Positions 30,498 to 39,327 of a stretch of 64,000 nt of DNA are shown piece after piece. The position numbers and the translations under genes are program-made. The stretch is taken from the NCBI GenBank assembly GCA_020348925.1, contig CP070758.1, positions 2,247,688-2,311,687 on the forward strand, given 5' to 3'. The stretch's first letter is position 1, and every line of letters starts with the position of its first letter. This DNA is from Gemmatimonadota bacterium (GTDB lineage: Bacteria > JBHIER01 > G020348925). Under the pieces are notes generated by a model, which made no database searches, was not told the DNA's origin, and saw only the letters and a list, made by a program, of their open reading frames with translations.

Positions 30498-31160
30498 ATG
30501 TTAAATCAATTGCGATTTTCAGCCGTCATACTTTTGCCCGCCTTCACCATCATTCTTTCGAGTTGTTCTCAGAAGCAGATCCATACCGGGCGTCCTGGAA
30601 CAGAAGACCAGACTCCTGCAACGACAGCAGAACAAAAGGAAAAGACTGCAGCTGAGTTGAATGAGAGAGAGGTCGCCGTTATCGAAACCGAACTCGGCAC
30701 GATCGTCTTCGGGTTTTACGACAAGGCGGCCCCACAACACACCGCGAATTTCAAGAAACTGGCCCGGGAAGGTTTTTACGACGGCACAACCTTTCACAGA
30801 GTCATCCCGAAATTTGTCATACAGGGCGGTAGCCCCGGCAGCAAGGATGACGACCGATCCAATGACGGTATAGGAGGACCTGGCTATACCATAGAGGCTG
30901 AATTCGGGGTGAAACACACCCGTGGGGCGGTCGCCGCCGCCAGACAGGGGGATGATGTCAATCCCGAAAAGCGCTCGAACGGGAGCCAGTTCTATATCTG
31001 CATGAGGGATATCCCTCACCTCGACAGTGCCGGATATTCCGTTTTCGGCCAGGTTATCGAAGGCATGGAAGTGGCGGAAAAGATCGTGAGCGTTGACCGG
31101 GACGGCAACGACAATCCGCTCCAGCGCGTCGAAATGAAGGTGACCATCGAGGCGAGATAG
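30498..31160 (+). CDS. Cyclophilin-type peptidyl-prolyl isomerase, lipoprotein (tandem paralog)
   Basis: LSSC lipobox; FHRVIPKFVIQGG, GSQFYI and YSVFGQV motifs. Confidence 0.92.
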   Translation: MLNQLRFSAVILLPAFTIILSSCSQKQIHTGRPGTEDQTPATTAEQKEKTAAELNEREVAVIETELGTIVFGFYDKAAPQHTANFKKLAREGFYDGTTFHRVIPKFVIQGGSPGSKDDDRSNDGIGGPGYTIEAEFGVKHTRGAVAAARQGDDVNPEKRSNGSQFYICMRDIPHLDSAGYSVFGQVIEGMEVAEKIVSVDRDGNDNPLQRVEMKVTIEAR

Positions 31161-31194
31161 ACGTTTATTATATAACACTCAAGAATCCATTAAA

Positions 31195-32475
31195 ATGCGA
31201 GAGTTCCGATTCCCCTATGGACGGAAGGAGGTCACCTTTTCCCTTCCCGAAGAGAGTGTTCTTGGTGAAATCATCCCCAGAGAAGTCGAAGGGATAGCCG
31301 ACGTTGAATCGGCCATCCAGGAGGCTTTGATATCTCCCTTTCAATCACCAGCCCTGAGTAAGATATGCAAGCCTGGGGAAAAGGTGGCCATCGTGGTCTC
31401 CGACATCACCCGCCCCTTCCCCGGTCCGCAGGTCCTACCGATATTGCTGAACGAATTGAATAGAGTAGGTGTCCCTGATGAAGATATCACCGTTGTTTTC
31501 GCCCTGGGCGGCCACCGCCGCCACACCAAGGAGGAGCAGAAGCAGGTCCTGGGCGAAGAAGTTGCCCGACGTGTCCGATATTTTGACAGCTTCTGCGAGG
31601 AACAGGAGGACTTTGTCACTATCGGAACAACCAGCCGGGGCACAAAGGTTGACATTAACAAAAGAGTCGTTGAGGCGGACAGAAAAATCCTGACCGGTAT
31701 CATCTCCTACCATTACTATTCAGGCTTTACCGGCGGCAGAAAGGCCGTCGTCCCCGGCATCTCTTCCTTTAATACGATTCAAGCCAACCACAAGCTCCTC
31801 CTCCATCCTGAACCCGGAGCAGGCCACAACCCCGATGCCTGTTCAGGAAAATTGGAGGGGAACCCGGTTCATGAGGATATGGTTGAGGCCTGCCGTATGC
31901 TCAAGCCTGACTTCCTCGTGAACGTCGTCCTCAGCGGCCATAAGAATATCCTCAGGATTTTCATCGGAGATCCTTACGCCGCCCACGGGGAAGGATGCGC
32001 ATTTGTCGAAAGCGTCTTCGGCTATCCTATTCGTGAAAAGGCGGATCTGGTCCTTGTCAGTGCCGGCGGGTTTCCGAAGGACATCAACTACTATCAGGCT
32101 CACAAAGCTCTGGATAATGCTTTCTACGCAGCCAATAAGGAGGGAGTGATTATTCTTCTCGCAGCCTGTGAAGAGGGGATCGGTCCTGAAAGCTACATGG
32201 ATTGGGTTCGGATGAATTCGCCCGGGGAAATGGAATCGCGTTTGCGAGACTATTTTGAGGTGTCAGGACATAACTGGTATACGACATTTCTGAAAACTGA
32301 GCAGGTGCGGATCATACTTGTCTCCACTGTTGATCAGAAAGTTGTGGAACAACTCCGTTTCATCCCCGCTCAAACGGTTGATGAAGCCTTAGGAAAAGCT
32401 TACGAACTATTAAAACCAGACCCATCAATCTATCTCATGCCGCAAGGGTATCTGACATTTCCGGTTTTTGAATAA
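31195..32475 (+). CDS. larA: LarA-family nickel-pincer racemase/epimerase
   Basis: SDITRP, ALGGHR, HYYSGFTGGRK, GNPVHEDM and GGFPKDINYYQAHKAL motifs; substrate not assignable. Confidence 0.85.
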   Translation: MREFRFPYGRKEVTFSLPEESVLGEIIPREVEGIADVESAIQEALISPFQSPALSKICKPGEKVAIVVSDITRPFPGPQVLPILLNELNRVGVPDEDITVVFALGGHRRHTKEEQKQVLGEEVARRVRYFDSFCEEQEDFVTIGTTSRGTKVDINKRVVEADRKILTGIISYHYYSGFTGGRKAVVPGISSFNTIQANHKLLLHPEPGAGHNPDACSGKLEGNPVHEDMVEACRMLKPDFLVNVVLSGHKNILRIFIGDPYAAHGEGCAFVESVFGYPIREKADLVLVSAGGFPKDINYYQAHKALDNAFYAANKEGVIILLAACEEGIGPESYMDWVRMNSPGEMESRLRDYFEVSGHNWYTTFLKTEQVRIILVSTVDQKVVEQLRFIPAQTVDEALGKAYELLKPDPSIYLMPQGYLTFPVFE

Positions 32476-32623
32476 TACCTTCTTTGTTTTTTTGGAAAAC
32501 AAGTTTTACGACACACTGTCATTCCGGCCGGAGTGCCGGAATCTCCTCGATTCATAAAGGAATTCATACTACAAGTTGCTCGATCAATGCCTTAACAATC
32601 GAAAGGAAGTAGGAGCAAGAGTC

Positions 32624-34372
32624 ATGGTGAAAACGGCAAGAAGACTGCATGATACAAGGTATCTCATATATTTTCCAATTATTTGCTGTATTTTACTCAA
32701 CTGTGCTTCACTGAGTAAGTTCATTGGTCTTAAGAAGGACGGGCCTGTTGAGGCTATCAGCGGCATGGTCGTCTCCGCCCATCCTCTGGCCTCAGAGGTC
32801 GGGATACAAATTCTTCAGGAGGGAGGAACCGCCGTGGACGCTGCCGTGGCCACCGCTTTCGCGTTGGGTGTGGTCGAGCCGTACCATTCCGGGATCGGCG
32901 GCGGCGGATTCATGCTCATCCGATTCGCGGAATCCGGTGAAGTCATCTCCATCGATTTTCGGGAAACAGCCCCGAGTCAAGCCCACCGCGAAACGTATGT
33001 TAGAGACGGAGAAGTCGTCGAAGAATGGAGTACGGTGGGCGCAAAGGCCGCGGCCGTTCCGGGCCTTGTGGCGGGATTGTGTCTGGCTCTGAGGGAATAC
33101 GGAACACTTTCTCTCGAGCAGGTGTTGTCCGACGCAGAGCAGTATGCCCGCAGCGGATTCAGGGTTTGGAACGATTATGACCGATACGCTGAGAGTGTGT
33201 TGGCGGAGCTTCTTCAACCCGGCGTCGCACCCTTTCAATTCATTATGGAGAGAGAAAATCCTTCCAAAATCGATCTCTCTGGAGAAGATTATCTTCTGGT
33301 GCAAAAGGATTTGGCCAGAACCCTCGGTCTCATAGCCGAGAAAGGATCGGATGTCTTTTACCGGGGTGAGATAGCGGAAAAAATTGCAGACTGGATGGCA
33401 GAGAACAACGGACTCATCACACAGGAGGATTTGGCATCGTACAGACCGGTTCTGAGAGAACCGGTGCGGGGAACCTACCGGGGATATGAGATCGTCTCCA
33501 TGCCGCCGCCGACTTCCGGGGGTGTCAACCTCCTTCAAATGCTCAATATTCTTGAAGGATTCGATCTGAATGCGCTCGGTCACAATTCCCCTGAAACGAT
33601 CCATCTCATAACCGAAACGATGAAACTTGCCTTTGCCGACCGTGCCTTTTTCTTAGGTGATCCCGACTTCGTCGATGTCCCGGTAGAAGGACTCATCTCA
33701 AAGAAATACGCCGAGGCTCTAAGGAAAAAGATTGACCTTCACAAGGCGAGCGAAATTCGAAATCATGGCGAGCCACTGGATTATTCGCAAAAAGGTGGGA
33801 CAACACATATTTCAGTGATTGATAAGCAGGGCAACGTCGTCTCTCTCACCCAGACCATCAATCTGAATTTTGGCGCGAAGGTGGTCGTGCCTGGTACAGG
33901 GATTCTGCTCAACAATGAAATGGATGATTTCAGTCTTCAGCCCGGTGTCCCCAATGCTTATAATCTTATCGGTGGAGAAGCCAATGCGATCGCTCCAGGC
34001 AAACGGCCACTGAGCAGTATGGCCCCAACCATTGTCCTCAAGGATGGAAAGCCTTACATAATTGTTGGAAGCCCTGGTGGGCCCAGAATTATTACGACTG
34101 TTCTGCAGGTAATTTCCAACATCATCGACCACGGTCTCGATATCCAGAAAGCTGTCGATGCTCCGCGTGTCCATCACCAATGGTTACCGGATACACTCAT
34201 GGTTGAGAAAGGTATTTCTGACGATGTGAAAGAGCTGTTGATAAAAATGGGGCATGAGGTGCAGCAAGGCGGACCTTTGGGAGCAGCCCAGGGGATCCTC
34301 ATCGATCCTCAGACCGGAGTATATTACGGTTGGAGCGACCCGAGGCTTGACGGGAAAGCGGTTGGATATTAA
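32624..34372 (+). CDS. ggt: Gamma-glutamyltransferase (start uncertain)
   Basis: SGIGGGGF, IDFRETAP, TTHISVID catalytic Thr, LNNEMDDF, KRPLSSM and GSPGG motifs. Confidence 0.95.
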   Translation: MVKTARRLHDTRYLIYFPIICCILLNCASLSKFIGLKKDGPVEAISGMVVSAHPLASEVGIQILQEGGTAVDAAVATAFALGVVEPYHSGIGGGGFMLIRFAESGEVISIDFRETAPSQAHRETYVRDGEVVEEWSTVGAKAAAVPGLVAGLCLALREYGTLSLEQVLSDAEQYARSGFRVWNDYDRYAESVLAELLQPGVAPFQFIMERENPSKIDLSGEDYLLVQKDLARTLGLIAEKGSDVFYRGEIAEKIADWMAENNGLITQEDLASYRPVLREPVRGTYRGYEIVSMPPPTSGGVNLLQMLNILEGFDLNALGHNSPETIHLITETMKLAFADRAFFLGDPDFVDVPVEGLISKKYAEALRKKIDLHKASEIRNHGEPLDYSQKGGTTHISVIDKQGNVVSLTQTINLNFGAKVVVPGTGILLNNEMDDFSLQPGVPNAYNLIGGEANAIAPGKRPLSSMAPTIVLKDGKPYIIVGSPGGPRIITTVLQVISNIIDHGLDIQKAVDAPRVHHQWLPDTLMVEKGISDDVKELLIKMGHEVQQGGPLGAAQGILIDPQTGVYYGWSDPRLDGKAVGY

Positions 34373-34488
34373 TCTTAAAAGTGTAGTATCAAAGACAATC
34401 AACATTTTGGGATTTCTCCCAAAAATCAATACTACCAGCGTGAATCACAGAAATCAAGACTCACATTCGCAAGTGCTATGAATTACAT

Positions 34489-34517
34489 AAAAAAGCCCCG
34501 CCAAAGGCGGAGCTTTT
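34489..34517. terminator. Bidirectional intrinsic terminator between convergent genes
   Basis: AAAAAAGCCCCGCC-AAA-GGCGGAGCTTTT hairpin. Confidence 0.7.
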
Positions 34518-34552
34518 AGGACGATTGGGTATATAAGTATCAAACCTCTCTG

Positions 34553-35401
34553 CTAATTTCTGTACTCGTATCCCTCATCTTCGTTATAGTAATCCCCCTC
34601 CTCTTCTTCCGTCATCATCTGATACTTCATCAGTTCTAGCAGGGGAATCCTCATGTAATCTTTCGGTATTTGAAATTCAGACTGGGGAATATTCTGCTTT
34701 GTTACCTCTGTCACCTCAGTTAGATTGCTTCTACCCCACTCATTCATTTCAACAGATCTCATTGGATATCCTTGCTTGAGGAGACTAATATACTCCTCTG
34801 AAGTTTCGAAAGACCACTCTCCGCCTGGACCACTCATTGTTTTCATGAAATGTCCGAATTTTTCAAGATCGACTTCCTCCTGAATATTTACACTTTTGGA
34901 AATCCAAACGTATTCTATCACTTCACCGCCAACATTCACTTCATATTTCTGACTCAATTGATCTGCTATAGTGACTTTTTCGGAAGTCTCATTCACACTC
35001 ACTTTCTTATGGTCCTCAAGTACATTTTGTCCAGTAAAATTCCCCATCTCTTCCATCATACTCTTGTATACTTCTCTCTGGTTTGGAGGTAACTCCTTCA
35101 GAGCTTCCTCCATCTGCTGTTTCAGAGCATCCTGTGTCTCTTTCCAGAACTCGGTAACCGTTCCGGTCCAGTAAGATTCTTTTTCAGGCAGTAAAATAGA
35201 CATCTCTTCATTATCAAGATCGAAAAGAGTCACAGATGATGTTTCAACAATCTTGAACCAGTTATTCTGAATGTAATAGTTTTGGTATTCCTGATCTCCA
35301 TGTTCTAAATTCCCGGTTACTTCCTTGATTATCCATCCACCATTTACCTGAGAACAAAATATCACCGAAAAGACCAGTGTAATAAACCACTTCGATTTCA
35401 T
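34553..35401 (-). CDS. Secreted DUF4412-like protein
   Basis: Signal peptide; T.EK.TIA...SQKY, GYPMRS and IPQSEFQIPKDY motifs; acidic tail. Confidence 0.7.
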   Translation of the reverse strand: MKSKWFITLVFSVIFCSQVNGGWIIKEVTGNLEHGDQEYQNYYIQNNWFKIVETSSVTLFDLDNEEMSILLPEKESYWTGTVTEFWKETQDALKQQMEEALKELPPNQREVYKSMMEEMGNFTGQNVLEDHKKVSVNETSEKVTIADQLSQKYEVNVGGEVIEYVWISKSVNIQEEVDLEKFGHFMKTMSGPGGEWSFETSEEYISLLKQGYPMRSVEMNEWGRSNLTEVTEVTKQNIPQSEFQIPKDYMRIPLLELMKYQMMTEEEEGDYYNEDEGYEYRN

Positions 35402-35993
35402 TTTCCTTCTCCTTGTTGAAAGAGTAATAGATTTACATACACGTCTGATATCTTTTTACTATCTTCAATCTTAAATCAATAACTTTCGGTAAGTATAATA
35501 AAATAGATCGAGAAATTCCTTGACTTTTATCAAAAAAGAAGGAATTTCGATTTTTGAGTAGGAAGTATTAGCAGCAGTATATTATCTCAACGGAGGAAAA
35601 GATTTAGAGATACATATGAAAAAGAAATTGAGTGACTGATCAGTGTATTGATATTCAAATTACAGAATATCACAGATATTATTCAGTCTCGGATATTAAA
35701 CAACGTTTTCAGATTTCCCCAAAAATCACAGAAATCAAACTAAATGTAACTTGTCAGAAAAATCAGTTGCTGAAAAAATCATCCGTATTAGTCAACAGGA
35801 TATGATATATCACAATCCCGCACTTGTTGCTCAACTCGCAATGACGGGTACCGGTTTTAGCAGTCAATCCAACTAAAGGGCTTTATTCAGCAAAACGTTC
35901 AATGCCATTCAAAGTCTACTACAGCCTTTTCTCAATGACGATACAAGGGCAGCTGTTCTGTCTTACGCTCAAACTTTTCTTTATGCGGATCCT

Positions 35994-37316
35994 TTACACT
36001 CCGGATACGACAACGTCTGTAAAAACCAGGCTCGGCATCCGCCAAGAGCTGTATGGCCAAGGGTCGTTGGCTACCTCGACGAGCTTGTGCCAGAATTTCA
36101 GGTGGTTGTCGGCAATATTCATCTCGGCGATGGGCTGCACGAGCTCGCCGTCTTCAAAGAGATGGCAGTCGATACCCACAGAGGCATCTCCGGTTGTGGA
36201 ATTCGAATTGCCGCCGATAAACCCGGTGATATAGATCCCTCTGCCCAAATCCTTCATGATCTCTTTCACGGAGCGCTTTCCCGGAGGGATGACCAGATTG
36301 GTCGTATCACCTGATGTGGGTTCCCAGCCCAATTTCCTGCTGTAATACCAGTCGACCAAGAAATCCTTCAGCACGCCTGCTTCAATCAGAATTCTCTTTT
36401 TCGTCGGAAAACCGTCACCGTCATAGAGCCTGCTGCCAAAACCCCCTTCAATGTGAGGTTCATCAATGAGCGTAAAGAGGTCGCTTCCGATCTTTTGACC
36501 TTTTCGATCCGCCAGAAACGATCTTTTCTGTTGAATATTCCTGCCGTTAAGACCCTGCATGAAGCCACCGAGAATCCTTCGCACATTTCGGTTCTCGATA
36601 ATGACCGGCAGTGTTTCGGTATCGATCTTTTTCGCACCGAGAAGATCGAAAGCTCGCTCGGCAGCGACCCGACCCACGGACTCCGGATCAGGCAGGTCTC
36701 TAAGCGTCCGACTTCCTGCCCAATGATACGCAGTCGGACGTCGGTCGCCCTCATCCTGAACCGTCGCCTCCGCCTCGGCCCAGCACTCCGTCGACTCACG
36801 ATGACCTTCCAGACCATTGCTCGTCATGACGGCCTCTTCATAGAATTCATCGTTAACCCTCGCCGTGACGGAAACAATCTTGTCTCCACCCCGCTGGAGA
36901 CAGGCCGCTTCAATCTCCTTCACCATATCGTGTCTTTTTTCAGCTGTCAAGCCGCTATACTCAGGATCACTAATCCTGAGATCGATGTTTGCCCGTCCTT
37001 CGTAATAACTCGGATCCGGCAAGGTTCGATACGGATCCGCCTCAAGCAATTTCGTATTTTTAATAGCGTTCAAGATAAATTCCTTCAGAGACTCCTGACG
37101 CAAATCCGAGGTGTCCTGAGAGGAGTACCGCTGGTTCACATAAACGTCGATGTCCAAACGCTGAGTCGTCGCCTCTTTGATTTTCTCGGGCTTTTTCTCT
37201 CTGTATTCGACCTCGACAAAGCGGTTTTTTGAGATTCTGGCCTTACACTCGTCGGCACCGGCCTTCCTGGCCGTTTCAATAACCCACGAACATACATCAA
37301 GCATATCCCTGCTCAT
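35994..37316 (-). CDS. pmbA: TldE/PmbA-family protein
   Basis: GSRLYDGDG, GGNSNSTTGDAS and EMNIADN motifs; no HExxxH; follows the TldD gene. Confidence 0.88.
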   Translation of the reverse strand: MSRDMLDVCSWVIETARKAGADECKARISKNRFVEVEYREKKPEKIKEATTQRLDIDVYVNQRYSSQDTSDLRQESLKEFILNAIKNTKLLEADPYRTLPDPSYYEGRANIDLRISDPEYSGLTAEKRHDMVKEIEAACLQRGGDKIVSVTARVNDEFYEEAVMTSNGLEGHRESTECWAEAEATVQDEGDRRPTAYHWAGSRTLRDLPDPESVGRVAAERAFDLLGAKKIDTETLPVIIENRNVRRILGGFMQGLNGRNIQQKRSFLADRKGQKIGSDLFTLIDEPHIEGGFGSRLYDGDGFPTKKRILIEAGVLKDFLVDWYYSRKLGWEPTSGDTTNLVIPPGKRSVKEIMKDLGRGIYITGFIGGNSNSTTGDASVGIDCHLFEDGELVQPIAEMNIADNHLKFWHKLVEVANDPWPYSSWRMPSLVFTDVVVSGV

Positions 37317-37330
37317 TATTCGTCTCCTTC

Positions 37331-38860
37331 TTATTGTATACCACCTACAGTCATTGACTTCACCAGGCATGTCGGTTGACCGAAGGAACAAGGGACTCGC
37401 TGTCCGTCCTTACCGCAAGAACCTGTGCCCCCTTGGTTCAGCTCCAGGTTATCAGCCACCATGGTTACATTGGTGAGCATTTTCGGTCCATTCCCCATGA
37501 TGTTTACATCTTTAATGGGCGCAGTGAGTTTCCCGTTTTCTATCATTTGGCCTTGTGAAACGTAGAAGGCAAAGTCCCCTTCACCGATTTTGACCTGACC
37601 GTTGCTCACATTCTGTACATAAATTCCTTTCTCAACGCTCTTGATGACATCTTCAGACTGCGCAGAACCTGCCAACATATAGGTGTTTCGCATCCTCGGT
37701 ACCGGATAATGCTGGTAACTTTGTCTGCGGCCGTTCCCCGTCGGCTCGACTTTATAATAACTGGCTGAGATCTTATCGTGCAGATAGCTGGTGAGAATAC
37801 CGTCCTCCACAAGAACCGTTCTTTTCCCCGGCACTCCTTCATCGTCAATATTGAGTGAGCCGAGCTGATGGGGAATCGTTGCATCATCCACGATGGTCAC
37901 AAAGGGTTCGGCCACTTTTTTACCGATCATGGTGGCGTAAGTGGAAACATTCTTTTTATTGAAATCGGCCTCCATACCGTGGCCGATGGCCTCATGAAGC
38001 AAAATGCCCGTTATACCTGGACCAAGAACGACCGGCATCTCTCCGGCAGGAGGCTGGATGGCATCGAACAATACAACAGTTTGGTCAACGGCTTTCTTGG
38101 CAATTTCCTCAGCGCGTTCCAGTGTGTAATATGAGAAGTCCCGTCGTCCGCCGTAATTGAACCAGCCCTGTTCTTTCCTGCCGTTTTTCTCGGCCACAAT
38201 TGACGCGTACAGATAGTTTCGAGGCAGCAGATCCTCCGCCTTGACACCATCGCTGGTCACGATCATCATTCGCTTCTGACTGTCGTGCAAACCGGCACGG
38301 ACTTTAACGATCAGATCGGAGAGCTCAAAACACGTATCGTTGACGGTTTTGACCAGAGGGAGTTTGGATGACAGGGGGACGTCGGTCAGCAACGATTTCA
38401 GGGGATAGTAATTCTCTGATTTCTGCTTGACGAAGGTACTGTCTGATTTTTTCCCGGAGGTGTTGGCTATGGTTGCCGCCGTGGCGGCAGCAGCCATCAT
38501 CGATTCCTCGGTCAGTTCCTGCGTGAACCCGTACCCCGTTTGCTCACCTTTCACCGTTCGTATGCCTACGCCGAGATCAACACTGCCGTATGCTCTGTCC
38601 ACCTTGCCGTCTTCGAGCAAAACCCAGTTGGAGATGGTATGTTCGAAGTAGAGATCGGCGAAATCTCCGCCCCTGGACAGGGCCTTATCAAGAACCCGTC
38701 GGCACATCCCATCGTCGATGCCGAATTCGGATTCGAAGTATTCCTTGGAGATAGCTTTCGTTGTACTGACCCAACTACCGGGGATAATCCGGCTCAAGGC
38801 AAGCGCTCCGGCTCCCGCAGCAGAATTTTTCAAGAACGAACGCCTGTTTATCAGTTTCAT
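37331..38860 (-). CDS. tldD: TldD-family metalloprotease with twin-arginine signal peptide
   Basis: NRRSFLK Tat motif; LLHEAIGHGMEAD, TGNGRR, PRMRNTY and CGKDGQ motifs. Confidence 0.92.
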   Translation of the reverse strand: MKLINRRSFLKNSAAGAGALALSRIIPGSWVSTTKAISKEYFESEFGIDDGMCRRVLDKALSRGGDFADLYFEHTISNWVLLEDGKVDRAYGSVDLGVGIRTVKGEQTGYGFTQELTEESMMAAAATAATIANTSGKKSDSTFVKQKSENYYPLKSLLTDVPLSSKLPLVKTVNDTCFELSDLIVKVRAGLHDSQKRMMIVTSDGVKAEDLLPRNYLYASIVAEKNGRKEQGWFNYGGRRDFSYYTLERAEEIAKKAVDQTVVLFDAIQPPAGEMPVVLGPGITGILLHEAIGHGMEADFNKKNVSTYATMIGKKVAEPFVTIVDDATIPHQLGSLNIDDEGVPGKRTVLVEDGILTSYLHDKISASYYKVEPTGNGRRQSYQHYPVPRMRNTYMLAGSAQSEDVIKSVEKGIYVQNVSNGQVKIGEGDFAFYVSQGQMIENGKLTAPIKDVNIMGNGPKMLTNVTMVADNLELNQGGTGSCGKDGQRVPCSFGQPTCLVKSMTVGGIQ

Positions 38861-39139
38861 GATGCCCTCCTTACACATATGAACGAGTGAATGATTGTTC
38901 ATGGAAACAGAGTTTTGGCACATTCAAAAAGTATATCCTTGCTCATACCTCATGCGTCTCGTAGAAAAAAGGATGTAATGTTGTTTGAGAGTCCGTACTC
39001 GTTCTTCAACAGGGTATAATTTGCTCATTTTGTCGCCGTGTGTCAATTACTTTCTTCACGAGTGGTAAGTTCGCTGTCACCCATATCTCCCACGAAAAGC
39101 CGGCTCGTTCTCCCTGTGAGTACACCAAATCGAACTTCG

Positions 39140-39270
39140 CTCCCTTTGGTCGCTCACTTCCCCAGAGGATCTCACCGACCTTATAGTGTTTCGCGATCCT
39201 TCGCCTCCTCGGATCGTCCCACGGTCATCCTTGTAAAGGGCTTCTCCCTTCAAACGACCCCTGCCTTTCG
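39140..39270. repeat. Dispersed ~130-bp intergenic repeat, copy 2
   Basis: Colinear with 24776-24907. Confidence 0.75.
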
Positions 39271-39327
39271 GATATGCGCAGAACTTCGGAAAGTTTCAGT
39301 TAAAAGAGCATAAACCGAGCAACAGAT

